Assembly (NCBI RefSeq): GCF_964204645.1 | Contig: NC_134028.1 | Location: forward strand, 2,604,001 to 2,668,000 | Reading direction: 5' to 3' | Length of the DNA: 64,000 nt | From: Tubulanus polymorphus | Taxonomy: Eukaryota; Animalia; Nemertea | Part shown: positions 26,101-42,400 of the stretch, one piece after another | Position numbering within the stretch: position 1 is the first letter of the stretch | Layout of the letters: every line of letters starts with the position of its first letter | Notes under the pieces: model-generated | Databases searched by the model: none | What the model saw: the letters and a program-made list of their open reading frames with translations, nothing else | Told to the model about the DNA's origin: nothing | Position numbers and translations under genes: made by a program

Positions 26101-26464
26101 TTTCTGTATTTACTAGGTACCAAATTAAAACTAAATTTCAGCCAGCCTCGCCATGCAGGAATTTAAGTCAGCAGACCGACTGTCAATAATCAGTGGAACT
26201 GTCAAACCAGGAAGTGAAACTGACCTGTCCGTATAGTGCTGCCACCTTCAACGATCGGGCGCAATCATCATTCGGTTACGAAGCAATACACTTGAACCAA
26301 AGCGACTGTGGACCAATTAAATTCAAATTCAATGAAAAGAAAAATAATACAAATCCTCAATAATAAATGGAATAGTAGCCAATAGTCTATGCAAATCTAG
26401 GCTGGGAAGTAAAGGATTACTGAACTACTTCAATCTGTTGAGCTGCTTTCACGAATAATCGATC

Positions 26465-29400
26465 AGTGAGTAGCAGTTGTAGTATGTCTAATTACGGCTA
26501 AAAATCCTAAACAAAATGTGTCCTTTTTATTTGCCTGTTTATGCTAATTACCGAAAGAAACCATCATAGGCCTTTTGCATCGACTGCTACGGAAGCCCTG
26601 AGACCCCACTCGGCTAGTCTGAATAACAAACGTTGTTGCCGTTATGGTCCCTGGAGGCAGCAGGCAGATACTAAGTTAGTTACCTTTTTATAATCGGATG
26701 CCGATGGGCTTATATAAACGATGGTATAAGCCAATGTGGTTTGTGAAAATATCCAATCATGAAACTAAACCACAGTCAAGTTACCGACTAGCAGATGCTA
26801 AACGAAGAAAGCCTTGAAGTTTTCCTTTTATTATAAATTCTCTATTACAGTGAATACCTCGGACGACGATAACACTGTTGTACTGAGTATGATGCAAGGC
26901 TATAATGAATTCCTCACTAACGCCGCCGCTGGACCGAGAAGTAGACATTCATCGAGGCTGGACTTCTCGCAGCGAAGTTCATTCGGCGGTATCAATGAAA
27001 CTGGAAAAGCTAGCATGAAATCTCTGATCGGTAAGCTTCATCTCTCGGTCATCCTTATTACGGTTCATCTCGGTAAAATACGTCATCTCGGTAATAAGGA
27101 TGACCCTCATCTCTTCTCTCGAGAAGGCCTATTATTGTGTAAGCAAAGATATGTCATCATTTTGAAGATGATGTTAATGGAACATTTTTTAGAAAAACAA
27201 AAAGATGAAAGAAAAAAGGAGGTAGACCTTATCTCGGCCAAGAGTAAGATAACCCAGCTAGAGGCTTCGATATCTAGCGAGAAGATGCAAAGCAAGCGCG
27301 CTCGTATTGAGTATGAACAGGACTTCAATCAATTGAAGTCAGATTATCAGGTGAGATGTGACTTGAAACCGTTCAACGCCGAATTTATTCCGTCAAGGAA
27401 AATCAAATCTGATTTTAAGCCGGATAGATTTGTCTCAATTGATTTAGGGTGGTAGTCATATATGATTTTATCTACCTGTCCTATAGTTAGTTACCTAATC
27501 GTTGGTGGTAAGCTTTTTACAATCGGATGGGCTTACACCAACGTATATATATATATATATATATGTGGTTTGTAAAAAATATCCGATCGTGAAACTAAAC
27601 CACAGACAGGTTTACTGACTACCTGTCCTGGTGGTTTGCTGTTCATTAGTTGAAAATGTTCTTCAATTTACAGAAATCGATCACTGCACAAACTAATCTC
27701 GAGCAACAGATTCGTATTTTGACGCACAAAGAACAACAGGCTAAAGAGGAAATTTCGGAATGTCGAAAGAATCTAAACACGATGAAATCCGCCCATGATC
27801 AAAAGTTGATCAGTCTTCAGAAGGAACGATTTGAGTTGGAAATGAAACTACAGGAGGTATGTGTGTTTTGGCCGATGTTCGTTCCGGAATCTGCAATCCT
27901 CATCTTTGGATGGCTATTCTTCAAACGTATCAATTTTTCGAATGAATAAGATCATTAAAATCGTTTTTACATTATTCGCTATTTATAGGCGAATGATTTA
28001 GCGCGAGATAACATCAAAAAGTTGGAACACCAACTGATGCGTCAAGAGACTGAAACGAAAATCTGTCAAACTGAACTCGACGATGCTCAAGAGCAGTTAC
28101 AACTAGCACAGAAGTGAGTAGTTTTGTGATTCAGGGCGGCTACTTGCCTGGAAATCAGAAATGTCAGGGAAAAAGCAAAAAATGCGGAAAAGACAGGGAT
28201 ATTGGTCGAGATTGTTTTGAGAAAAATCAAACAGATTTGTTTTATAAAATATTTGGCTTGTAAATTGATAGGATTCTTAGCAGATTGAGTCAGGGGAAAA
28301 GTAAGTCAAATAAATATGGCCAAACTGCTGTGTACCCCGTATAACAATCGAATTGATAAACAGTTCATTGCTAACAACGATCTTAAAATTTCAGACGTAA
28401 TTCAGAATTGAAGCTTGATTTACAAGAATTAGAAGAGCTGCGTATAACTGCCCAATGCGCTACTCAAAAGGCACACGTAAGTTGAATTGAATACAGAGTT
28501 ACAAACACTACGTTCAAAGGCTTATTTCTAAACTTATATCGTTTGTACAGGATTTAGAATTGGAAGCGAACCAAACCCGCGATGAAAGCATTCAAGTGAA
28601 AGTGATGGCCGAGAAGTTGTCGAGATTTCCTGAACTCGAAAATAAGATACTATTCTTAACGGAAGAAAATATAAGATTAAAGTATGGCATGTACAGTACA
28701 CATGTTTGTTATTGCGATATTGATCACCGGAGTTGTTTCGATAAGTTAGAAATTCTTTCTAGGGATATGCAAGAAAATATTCACCTGATTCGTGAAGAGA
28801 AAGAAAGCTTGAAGCAGAAATTAGAAAGGGCTGAAAAACGTCTGTTAGATTTCGACAAATTGCAAGTTAATCACGAGAACACTTTGGCAAAATTAAATCA
28901 GCTCGGATCAGTGGCTTCTGGGTAAAGATATTGATTCATTGTTACACACATTAAACAGTTTTTCAACATCGGGGTATCGTAATCTGTTTTTTTTTTTTTC
29001 AGCTCTTCATCAGACGTTGGTAAAAGACTGGCCGATCTTCAACGCGAACACGTGTTACTCGTTGAGAAACAAGGGCAGATGCAAACTGAGTAAGCATATG
29101 TAAAATTATCGTCAAATCTAGACATAAGCTGATATTAGCTCGGGCTTTACAGAACTATCGAAATATAAGAATATTTTGCTACTGGAATGGGATCAGACAT
29201 GTCGTCTTCATCTTTACTATGTTTTACCGCGTAGAATGCACACAGCTGAACGACAGTGCCAACAATTCCAATCAAAGATCAAGTCGATGGAAGCTGCAAA
29301 AGAAGAAGATAAGAAAACCTTTACTCGACTCGCAGACCACGTTCGACGTTTACAGAAAAAACTTATTCTAATCAGTAAGGTAAACACCAAAACTCGCGCG

Positions 29401-30820
29401 CAATATTTTGGAGTTCTCTGAGCAGTTCTTAAGTTTATTGGCATGGGAGTTAAATGATTACAAATGAAATCACATTCATCATGAATATTGTAGGAACGCG
29501 ATGGTTACAAATCGATGTTAAACTCTTATGAAAGTGAAGTGACCATCGATGTGAATGCGCAATTTCAAAAACGTGTCTCTGAGTTGGAGGAAGTGATCGA
29601 GGCATACAGAACCCAAACTACTAATCTAGAAACAGAAATAACTAACCTAACGAAGCAGTTGACGGACACCAATTTTCAGGTACTGGTATTTTGAATCCCT
29701 AGTAGTCCTTAGATTTGGTATCAATTCAGCTTTTGAGTTTCATGTTGCTTATCGACTGTAAATGAATGACTCAATTTCAGTATCAAAGACAGAGCTCCTC
29801 AAATAAAGTTGAAAATACAATTTCGTTGGAAGCTGATCAAAAAATGATAATCGAATTGAGGTTAGTTATTTGGAAAACTCAATTAAATATACCGGCTTAT
29901 ATTGTATTGAGTGTTAGGATTATCATTTAATTGATTGCTGTAAATTTTAGGGAGAAAATTGTTGAATTAGAGGATCGACTTGAGCAAGGGCATTTACAGG
30001 TATCTTAACATGGTTGTTATGAGGACAAACATCTGAACAGTCATGATATGAAATGTGTAATTTTTGAAATAATTTCCAGGGTGATTATGATCGCAAAGAA
30101 ACAAAAGTGTTGCATTTCAAAATGAATCCGGGGCACATGCGACAGAAAGAACGTAGTCAAGAGATAACAAAATTAAGAGAAGAAAATGAAAAGATGAAGG
30201 CGCTTTTGAACGAACAGAGTAACGTTAGTGATCTTACACTTCAAATCGGCAGTTCAGTCAGAGACAGTGGTGCAAACAGTAAACAAGTTGAAGGTTGGTT
30301 GTATGAGATTTCTAAATATCTGATCTACCCTAGGTCTCTTTTTCTAGGTCCGTTTTTGCAAATTCTCCACTTTATTCCGTAGATTTGAAAACTCAACTGT
30401 CATCAGCCGAACTGAAGAATCAACGACTAATGGAAGCTTTTAAACAGAAAAGTCATGAATTCCGGGAAGTTTGCTATCAGTTGATGGGTTATAAAGTGGA
30501 TATTCCAGCTTCGAATCAGTATAGATTAATGAGCATGTATGCAGAATCTCCAACTGACTACCTTATATTTCAAGTAAGTTCTTTGATGTCAAAAATATTC
30601 AAATGAGATGAAGTGATTCGATTAAAACTTATGCCTTGAAATATTTCAGCAAGCCCAACGCAGAGAACTTCAGTTGTTGGAAACTGATTTTTCGAGCTGT
30701 TTAAAGGATATGATCGCGAGTACTCTGCAACGACAGCAGAGCATTCCTGTGTTTCTCAGTACATTGACTTTACAATTATTCAACCAACAAACGATGATGG
30801 ACTCAACAATGATGACTTAG
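26465..30820 (+). CDS. MAD1L1: Mitotic spindle checkpoint protein MAD1, multi-exon (start codon probably split A|TG)
   Basis: NTVVLS N-terminus, long coiled coil, RRLQKKLILISKERDG, YESEVT, Mad2-binding TKVLHFKMNP, ELKNQRL..FREVCYQLMGYKVD, YRLMSMYAE, SIPVFLSTLTLQLF; TAG 30818-30820. Confidence 0.9.
26673..27621 (+). repeat. ~120-bp direct repeat in two MAD1 introns (~26673-26790 and ~27486-27621); second copy has a (TA)n tract
   Basis: Shared gttagttacct, aatcggatg..gggctta and atgtggtttgt.aaaatatcc.atc.tgaaactaaaccacag.ca.g. Confidence 0.7.
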
Positions 30821-31324
30821 CATTCAATTCATCTCACCTATTTTGTAAATGATGTACGCATTGAATATGTCTTGTTCTATGCAGTAAATATTTAATATTG
30901 AAAGAGAAAGAATTTTGTAGTTTGATAATGAAATGTACTTGTTATTTGTGTAAATAATGTGTAAATAAAATAATTCGTATTGCATTTTACATTTTGTCTC
31001 AATTATTATTCCCCAGAGTGATAGAAATTCGGTCAATCTTCAACAGTCAGTCAGTGTTCAACACTTGAATGATGTCCACAGTATCAGAAGGAACAGTTTT
31101 CTATCATTTCATTGATACCAGTGAACAGTCCAGCTCCAAAACTGAGAAGATGATGGAAATTAACTAGAATATAGTCAAACAACAATGAACATTATACTTC
31201 ACTACCATTTTATTCATATGTAAAACGTGGATGCAAAAGTCTACACAGCAGAATACACACTGGTTACTGGTTCTCTAGCTAAGCGATGAATAACAATGTC
31301 TCAATATATCACATTATTGGATCA

Positions 31325-33332
<2,008 letters not shown>

Positions 33333-33663
33333 TTTGTCCAGAGTGCAAAAAAGGTCACATGATTCAGATAGTTTGAGGTAACAAAACGCTGATGAAGGAA
33401 AATATTGGCAAAATATCTTTGTAAACTATTTCGCTACTTAAATAACTTTTTTGTATAGCTATAATGTTTCAATGTAAAAAGTCTGCAAGTCATTCAAGGT
33501 GACATGTCCCTTTAGCTCATATTTACGGGATTCGACACTCAGCTGGTTGTTGTTTGAGACCCGCAGTGCTCTGCGCCTGTTTTCGATCTCGAGAATAACC
33601 CGGAAATGAGTGATTCATTCTCGATTCAAGAAGGCTTGGGGATGAAGGAAAAACGATAAAATA

Positions 33664-36600
33664 ATGAGGAATATCTGGCTGATTTTGGTGTTTAATGGAC
33701 TCGTTTTAAACGTGCAATCGATAAGAGATACAGCACCTACAGCATGGAGACGACACATCCGTCACACAAACGCAGAACCTTTCGAACTTCCACCGAGAAT
33801 CGAAACTAAATACGGCAATGTTCACGGAAACGCGATTTGGCTAAAAGAAAATAAACAAGTGCACACATTTCTGGGCGTGCCCTATGCAAGAGCACCGATA
33901 AATTACCCCCAATTTAATTACAACCTTCGTTTCCAGGTATGAAATAACGCCATTTCAAGTCTTTATTTACCTTTTTGGGAATCTTGAAATGAAACTAATG
34001 TTTTGATGAATTCAATATTTGTTTCAGCCACCTCAAGAGCCGCAGTATGTATTCCATTGGTATGCCAAATCATACCGTCCGGCTTGTCCGCAGCATAAAA
34101 AATATCTACAGACGTTAAAAAACCAAGAGACAAGCGAAAACTGTCTCTTCATGAATATATTCAGTCCATTTGTAAGTATGCAGGATTGAGACACACGGTT
34201 GTGAGTTAACTCTGAAAAAATTAATTCATTTCTGTATCTGTATATCAAAATATAGCAGCACGCGCGAGGGATAGAGATATAAGTGAATGTGAGGTCTCCG
34301 TAGCACGGAATCCGTCGATGGCTGACTGTTTTGTCACTGAGGTGATTGTCAGAGTCAGTAAGGATTCTGTCTTACACCGCATCACTTCACTCTCGACGAA
34401 CATTGACAGCTTCATTGTTAGTCAGCCGATTTGCCCTTATTACTCTACCCAGCCAGAGTGGTTTTCTTAAGTCAAATCTCGACTCAGAACTCTAGTTTCT
34501 AGATTCTAGTATTATATGATAACTTTGTATTTCAGTATACGGATGAGCCGCCTTTCAATCATAAACTATTTCCTGTAATGGTTTATATTCATGGTGGTGA
34601 TTTTAAAGGCGGTTCTGGTCAGATGTTTCCGGCTGATATTCTGGCCGAGGAAGATTTAGTCGTTGTCACGTTCAACTATAGGTTAAACGCACTCGGTGAG
34701 TTTGAGTTCAGCGGTCAAAATCTAAAATTCATAAGTTTTGTTTATGAAATGTTTTCTGAATTCATTTCTAATTGTTTTAATTTAATTGCAAATTTTGATG
34801 GATACCTAGTCAAATGCAGCCCCTCAATTAATTGAAGAATTATTCATTTGGAAAATTTCTCAGTAACGTGTTAGTGGTTTCATTTCATGATCGGATATTT
34901 CTGTTGGTATAAGTCCATCAGATTATGAAAGCTTACCATCAATGATTAGGTAAAAACTAACCAATACTTTCTTTGCCATTTTACCAGGATTTCTCAGCAC
35001 CCAAGATCGCCATGCGACCGGTAACTATGGGTTTTTGGATATGATCCAAGCTCTGCGTTACGTAAATTCTCAAATTCGTCAGTTCCGCGGAGATCCGAAT
35101 CGTGTTACTATTGTTGGTCACGGTTCAGGTGGTATGGCTGTCGGACTACTGTTAGTTTCACCACTATCAAGAGATACTGGTAAGAAAAAATTATATCCAT
35201 GAATCTTAATTTTCTGGATCAAATTGCATATTTACAGCGGCATTGTTTCCTGGCTGAATCATCTTTTTACTGTAGATTATAATGTCCCTAAAATTGATTA
35301 GCCCTGCTGACTGGTTAATACCCTAAAGTGCTGGAGAAATTTTGATGATTCCACACGACCAGTGAGTGGCATATCGCTATGATGCATCTACACTGCGGTG
35401 CGATGTACTAGCAAATTCTATCATTGATGTATACGCCGCCATGTGGTGTAGACACGGCAGAATGACACGGCTGGAAAAAATTGAAAATTGCTTTGATCTG
35501 TTTCCTAAAATGTACCTGATTCAAAGACTCTCCAGTTGACAGCTGTACATCTATTTATTTGTTATAGGTTTATTTCATCGTGCTATCGCTATGAGCGGTA
35601 ATGATCTGTGTGAATCGGCTGTCATAATGCCGGATTACGCACCGGCCGAGTACGCTCGCGAATTAGCGTACAAAGTCGGATGTCCTGTCGAAAATAACGA
35701 TCGTATGATGGATTGCCTTCGAAATTATCGAACTGGTGATGAAATAGCATTAGCTGCGGAAGATGTTCCAGTTCGGGTAAGTTCAAAGTGTTGTACCGGG
35801 TACACTGTTGTCAGGGTGAACACTGAACTGGAAAACTCAGGGAATCGGAAAAATCTAGAAAAAAATCAAGGAAAACTAAGGGAATTTGTCAAATTTTACC
35901 AAAACCTGGAAAACTCAGGGAATTGAATAATGCTATTGACCATGTATTTCTTTATCTGTATGTAATTCACTTTTCAGTGGGGCTGGTATGGGTATATTGG
36001 AGGTCCATGGGGTGCATCTATCGATGGACTAAATCCTGGATACAGTCCATCTTTTCTTCCCGAGCATCCTCGTGTTCTGCGCAAAAAAGGATTGTTTTCT
36101 CGTGTGAGACTGATGGCTGGAATTGCTATGGACGACGGCTCTTACTATCTGAGTGAGTATATTTTCCTCAAACTTTCCAGATTAGAAATATTATTTTTCT
36201 GATGCTTCATAAAATGACTTTGTTCTGTGGTATTCTCAGAGGGAATTCCAAACGTGGCGAATGGTTTAACGCGAGCTCAGTTTAGGGAGCGTATTAGCGG
36301 CTGGTTGTGGTCTCGCGGAGTACGAGATATTCAACGAGTAACAGACGCGCTGGAGACTGAATACACTTACTGGAGACAACCTCGTAATGTTACCTGGCGT
36401 AGGCAGATGATGGTCGATGTAAGTAGTAGCCACTCGGTAATTGAGATAAATGAAACATAATTTTAAAAACCCGGGGCTTGTTGATAATTAACAGATTTTG
36501 AATCATTATTCAATTTCACGGATCAAAGCCATGACTATATAATTGATATTTAGTTTTCATGTTTATTTTCAGTTATATACCGATAGAACTGTTGGCTCCT

Positions 36601-37706
36601 GTACTGATGAAGTTTTAAAATTCTCTGTAAGTATACCCCCGATATATGATGTAGGCCTACTGAATTTGTATGATTAATAATTGATTATCGATATGTATAT
36701 TTCTATTCATAAAGGCCAAGTATAATGTGACCTCGATGTATCTGTTTAATCACACTTCCAATGCAACACAAGTGAAACCAGACATTGTGCCTCCTGCCTG
36801 GATGGGTACGTATAAATCGTTACCTGTATTTACCTATAAAGCACTGTCAATTATATCACAATTTTTTCCTTTATCTTAGGTGTTTATCACGGATCTGAAA
36901 TACAGTATATCATAGGCAAACCCTATTTGAATGACAAATTGTACAACTGGACCGGAATTCGAGAGTTCCCTCGCTACAACGACTTAGATAAAAACATATC
37001 CGACTATGCAATTACTTTGTGGACTAACTTTGCCAAATACGGGTAGGCAGACTCTTAATTCCTACATAAATCACGATGAGAGTAGCTTTTTGAATAGCTG
37101 AAACTTCACAATGTTTTGTAATATTTCAGAAATGGTACACCGGTATTAGTCAAAAATAATACATGGCTTCCGTTCAAATTGAACAATTTGACATATCTGA
37201 TGGTACAGAATAATACGTACGTTTATAAAGATTATCGACAACCTTATTACGCTTTCTGGAGAAACTATTTTCATCTGATCGCGAAGGCTCCATTGCGTAA
37301 GTAATACAAATTAATTAATTCATCAAAGTTCATTCGATAAATTAATTACTTCATATTATCATAAATTCATAGACTTTTATTTCGGTTTCATCTAGCTTCA
37401 CTTATGAAAACTAGCAAAAACCCCATTAGACTTTAAACTTGAATAAGCTCACTTTTGTCCATATTTTCATGCTGTATTAAAAAAAACCCAACTTTCATTT
37501 CAGTTACGACTACACCGTTCCCGACAGTGCTCGCGCCGGCCGAGGTCCGGGTGTCAACCTGGACTCTCGGTGGATTCGCTGTGCTGCTTATTATCATTAT
37601 CCTAGCGATGGGAATAGCGTTATGTCACAAGCGTAAACCGCCGTACAGAGAGGAAATCGATGCTGAATATTCGCCACCCGATCTATTGCGCAATAACAGT
37701 TTCTGA
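33664..37706 (+). CDS. Type-B carboxylesterase-fold type I membrane protein, probably non-catalytic (neuroligin/gliotactin-like)
   Basis: Signal peptide, FLGVPYARAP, SENCLFMNIF, PVMVYIHGG, VVVTFNYRL..LGFLST, GNYGFLD, GDPNRVT, nucleophile elbow GHGSG, GVYHGSEI, WTNFAKYG, TM helix and short tail. Confidence 0.85.
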
Positions 37707-39423
37707 CAGGACTCACAATGTCGTCTGGCTGATAATGTCTACTAACTCTACTTTATAAATGTGCTGTAGAAAAACTGGAATCTGTTTCACAAATTTGGGT
37801 GGATAATAAATTCATTTCGTAATTAATAGATAATTGGCTTTGAATTAACGCAGTGAGACAGGTTCCAAGTCCAGTTTCGGGAAAAGTTAAACTCAAGATT
37901 TTCTATGAGACTGGACTGTAGTTAGTAGTTTGGAAGTGATTAGATTGCTTATGACATTAACATTAACAGCTGGATTGGCATTGGTATGATTAACGAAACT
38001 ATTTCTTAAAACATCTCGAATCCTTGGTACTAAACCATATAGTATACTGGCATGAAGATCTATGCACAAAGTACGTATAAAAAGTACTGCATTACTAAAT
38101 AGGCATATCTATAATTATAGTGTGACATGTTTAGTGTAATTTGAGTTTTCTGATTTGAACTTAACTGCATGGTCAAAATATATCTTCAGACGTGTTTGTA
38201 TTGTCTGAACTTAAGAAACCATGTTCTTACAAAGATCTAACCTTTTATTATGAACTAAGGTACATTTTTGTGGTGCAACTGATATTTATATGTAGTAAGG
38301 ATGGTAAATTGATTTGTATTCAACAATTGCAATATTAACTCTCAATTATTTTTGTATATATCGAAGAAAATATGTGTTTTTATACTAGATTGTGTATAGT
38401 TTTATATTATGACAAGTTTATACTGATTAATGATAAATTATGGAAAATATGTTAATTAATCGACATCATGATTGAATTAACAGCGAGAACATTTGCTATT
38501 CACTCCGCGAAGGAACAGACAAGTTTTTTAGCTGTCCACCTTCAACCAAGATGTTGTGTAAATATTTGATTTAAAAATGTGATGATTTTGAAGAAATTAG
38601 TAACTGCAATTCAGTATGTTAGGCACATTCCTACGTATGCTTTGTTTCCCTCCATAGTTTAATAAAACAAAACTTATTTATAAGTACAAAGATTAATTTA
38701 TCATTATGTACAGGTATTATTTCACACTATTTTCTGTTTTTCTCGCAAAAATATTTTATTGCTATCGAAAATTATATAGTTGCAGGTATTTATATCTATT
38801 TGCTAACGTATATGTGTATACATCTATATGACTGATTTATTTGATCATTTTTGATCATCTGTTTAATGTACTGAAGTAAGTACTTTTTAGGAATATTAGA
38901 GAAACTGTATTAAATTTAGGGTGGGTTCAAGAAATTTTTACATATCATGCTGACTTATCCATCCATTCCAGTGAATTACCACACCCACTTAAATGATACT
39001 TGTATTTTAAAACAATTTGTACACTGAGTCAGTCAGTCAATTTTCATACAAATATGTACATCTATAACAAACATTTCCATATTTCATAGATTATTGTATT
39101 GCATTGTAAATGCTTTTCCTGTCCATTTTATATGTAATAAACACATTCCATTTTTCTTTTAAAATTATTTTTGCATTTAATAGTTTCTTCGGCGTGTGGT
39201 CGTCTATAAATATATATTAAATTTGCTAATATACCGCTAGAGTGTAAGAGCGTTTCGTCACACATCATCATTCAACGTCTCGTAACGCTACCTTAGTCCA
39301 CACACGGCATAGTTCATATTCTGTAGGATCTGTCATCTACAATTTTTCCCTGAATCATCTTTGCGAAGAAATATTTAACCGAAACTTTCCGATCATAGGA
39401 TTGTGATTGACCCTACTCGAGCG

Positions 39424-42400
39424 ATGTCGAAGAGTATCGTAAGTATTTAGAAATGAAACGGGTAAAACGATGTTTAATCGAGTTTTTTAACAGCTAAACG
39501 ACGCCGTTTCTAACCGCTAAATCATCGATCGTACTAAGTATCGAAATATACAGATGATGATATGTCTCGTCGACGTGAATTGTTTATCGGGAACTTGACT
39601 CCATTTCCTTCAGGTGCTGCGGGTGCAATCACCTGCGCATGGAACAAAACGAATTCAGTCTTCGACAACAGAAAAAGTGCAAGACTTCCTGGAAAAGGTA
39701 AGCAACATCTCTCAACAGTTTGGCTCGGAATATCTAACTGGTAAAATTCACCTGCTCAATTGAATGTGATGCCATTTTGATTTATTTTTTGTAGGTAAAA
39801 GCAACGTTTAATTTGCCGGGGACGTCTAACTGCATAATCTACAAACAGAGAAATAATACCGATCCGATCAAACCTTCTCGTTCTAAAACTATCACTTCCT
39901 ATAATCTAAAGTAAGTCAGAAGTGGTAAATCTTTTCCTGCCGTGATGAATTTCATTTTATTCTTATTTTTCAAATCTTATAAAACAAATCGTTGCTTGTC
40001 TCAAATATTTAGATTATGTTCAAATCTTTGATTTTCATTGCATACTAAAGTAAATGAACTCTTACTGCTAAAGAAGACACAGAATAGTCAGGGAATTTAT
40101 TTTTCTTAAAGTTTAAAATCAAGGGAAAAAATAAGTAAAATTTGATGAGATCGCGTGTGTAATTAAACAGTTTCTGCCTATGTCTTATGTGTTGATTCAT
40201 TATAATTGGATTCTTATCAGATCAAGTCAGGGAAAACATCATATATATCAGGGAAAAGCCAGGGAAAAAAACAAGTCAATTAAGTGGCCCTTCACCCTAC
40301 TCCTGTTGACCTTCATTAAAAGGGATGTGAACCAATATTGCTGTTTGATCATTTTCAGACATGGTGATATGGTATATCTTTCACTGCTCGATGACAGCGA
40401 TATGACAGTTACAGATTCAGCGCCCTCTACATCGCACAGCAGTACTACCAGCGCGTCTGCTCAGGATTTCCGTCCAGCGAACAATAAATCGACGAGATCG
40501 GCGTCGATTATGGTGATCGAAGATGAAGTCGATATTTCGCTGAATCAAATGGATGGAAAAATTCAACGAGAACGAAACGAACAACTGTAAGATTTTACAC
40601 AACTCAAACTTCGCTCAATGTTGCTCTATGTGTAATGATTCAATACTGCAGTGAATCCCTCTTATCAGGATTCCTACGGCTCCTAGATTCCTTTGAAGCT
40701 CCTTAAATTCGAGCAAAATACTCGAAACTCCTTCAATTTTGACATAAAGATAATTAGAAATTTTTGTCTAGTTTGTATCTGTATAGTTAACTATAAAATA
40801 GTTATTCTCTCTACAGATGTCGACATGGACCGAAAGGAAAATGTTTCCATTGTTCATCTTTAGAGGTAAGTTTTCAACCTCCAAAAATCTTTATTTCTGA
40901 TTCAAGTTTTTTTCAAGTCAGTAATTACGGGTTGTCCTCGTTCTAGCCTTATGATGAAGAGTATTTGAAGACCCGAGATCCACCCATCAAATTCCTCTCA
41001 TTCCATTCTTATATCAGAAAGTTATGCGGTGGCGCTGATAAGTAAGTGCCTTTTATTATAAATAGTGTACTGATAATTCTTAAGAATCAATTCTTTCAAA
41101 TATTCCTGCATTTCAATTTCTAGAGGGAAGTTTGTTTCATTAGAAAATCTTAGTTGTAAAATCAAGCCAGGCTGTAAGGAACATCCACCGTGGCCGGGTG
41201 GTATTTGTACGAAATGTCAACCTAATGCTGTTACACTCAAGATGCAGGTATGTTAAAAACAATGTTAAAACATCTAAAATGACGTTTCGATCTCACCCTA
41301 GAGATCATTGTCAGGTGTGGTAATAAATTCTCGATTTTAGAATTCTTTTAATCTGTAAATAGTGGGTTTTTATCTTATTATCTGTTCACCACGTTTGAGT
41401 GTGGTTATCGTACTACAAAATTGTTGTTTGTATTTGCAGCAATATAGACACGTAGACAATGTAATGTTTGAAAATCCGTTTATCGTTGAGAATTTTCTGA
41501 ACTATTACCGCAGTACGGGTAGTCAACGCATCGGATTCATGTACGGAAAATACGAATATTTCAAAGACGTACCGCTCGGAATTCGCGCGACGGTCGCCGC
41601 GATTTACGAGCCGCCGCAGGTGTGCGCGAAAAACAAAATCGAATTATTGGAAGACGTTCGCGAAGAAACTGTCGAGAAAATGGCAAAGGCGCTCGGTTTA
41701 CGACGTGTCGGGTGGATATTTACCGATCTCGTAGCGGAGGATTTATCAAAAGGAACGGTGAAATGTTTCCGCGGAAACATGGTAATATTTTCCTTCAATT
41801 AACCGTTTCAGCGCGTCTACAATAACCTTAGTGAAACGGACTTGAAAGATCAGGAAAATTATTCATATTTTCAGGATGCTCATTTTATATCGGCTGATGA
41901 ATGTATAATGGCAGCTGATTTACAGAATAAATACCCGAATCCTTGTCGACTATCTCCTGATGGACATTTCGGATCAAAATTTGTCACTGTCGTGGCTACA
42001 GGTAGATTAGAAATGAAAAAATCTATACTCAACGATCCTTGATTTTCCCGCCAACTTTTCTAAATGGTATTGATATTATTTTCTAGGTGATGAGAACAAT
42101 CAGATTCATTTCGAAGGTTATCAAGTAACAGATCAATGTATGGCGTTAGTTCGAGACGATTGCCTCGTTCCGACGTACGACGTTCCGGAACTCGGTTATA
42201 TTAAAGAATCAACGAATGAGCAATATGTGCCCGATGTATTCTACACTGTAAGTCTCCTCTATTAACTACAAAATCGTTTGTCTATACCGGGTCTGCCCCA
42301 GACACTTCTCAGGGTGATTACTTACCCGGAAATCGGGCAAAATTCCGAGAATAGTGAAGGATTTTGTAAAAGAAAAAAAAGCTTAAAATCAGGGAAAAGT

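Noticed and set aside
27031-27191. Read-through in ORF 26814-27455 (KLHLSVILITVHLG...)
   Set aside because: Bounded by gtaagc and ttttag; an intron with repeated catctcggt remnants that happens to be open.
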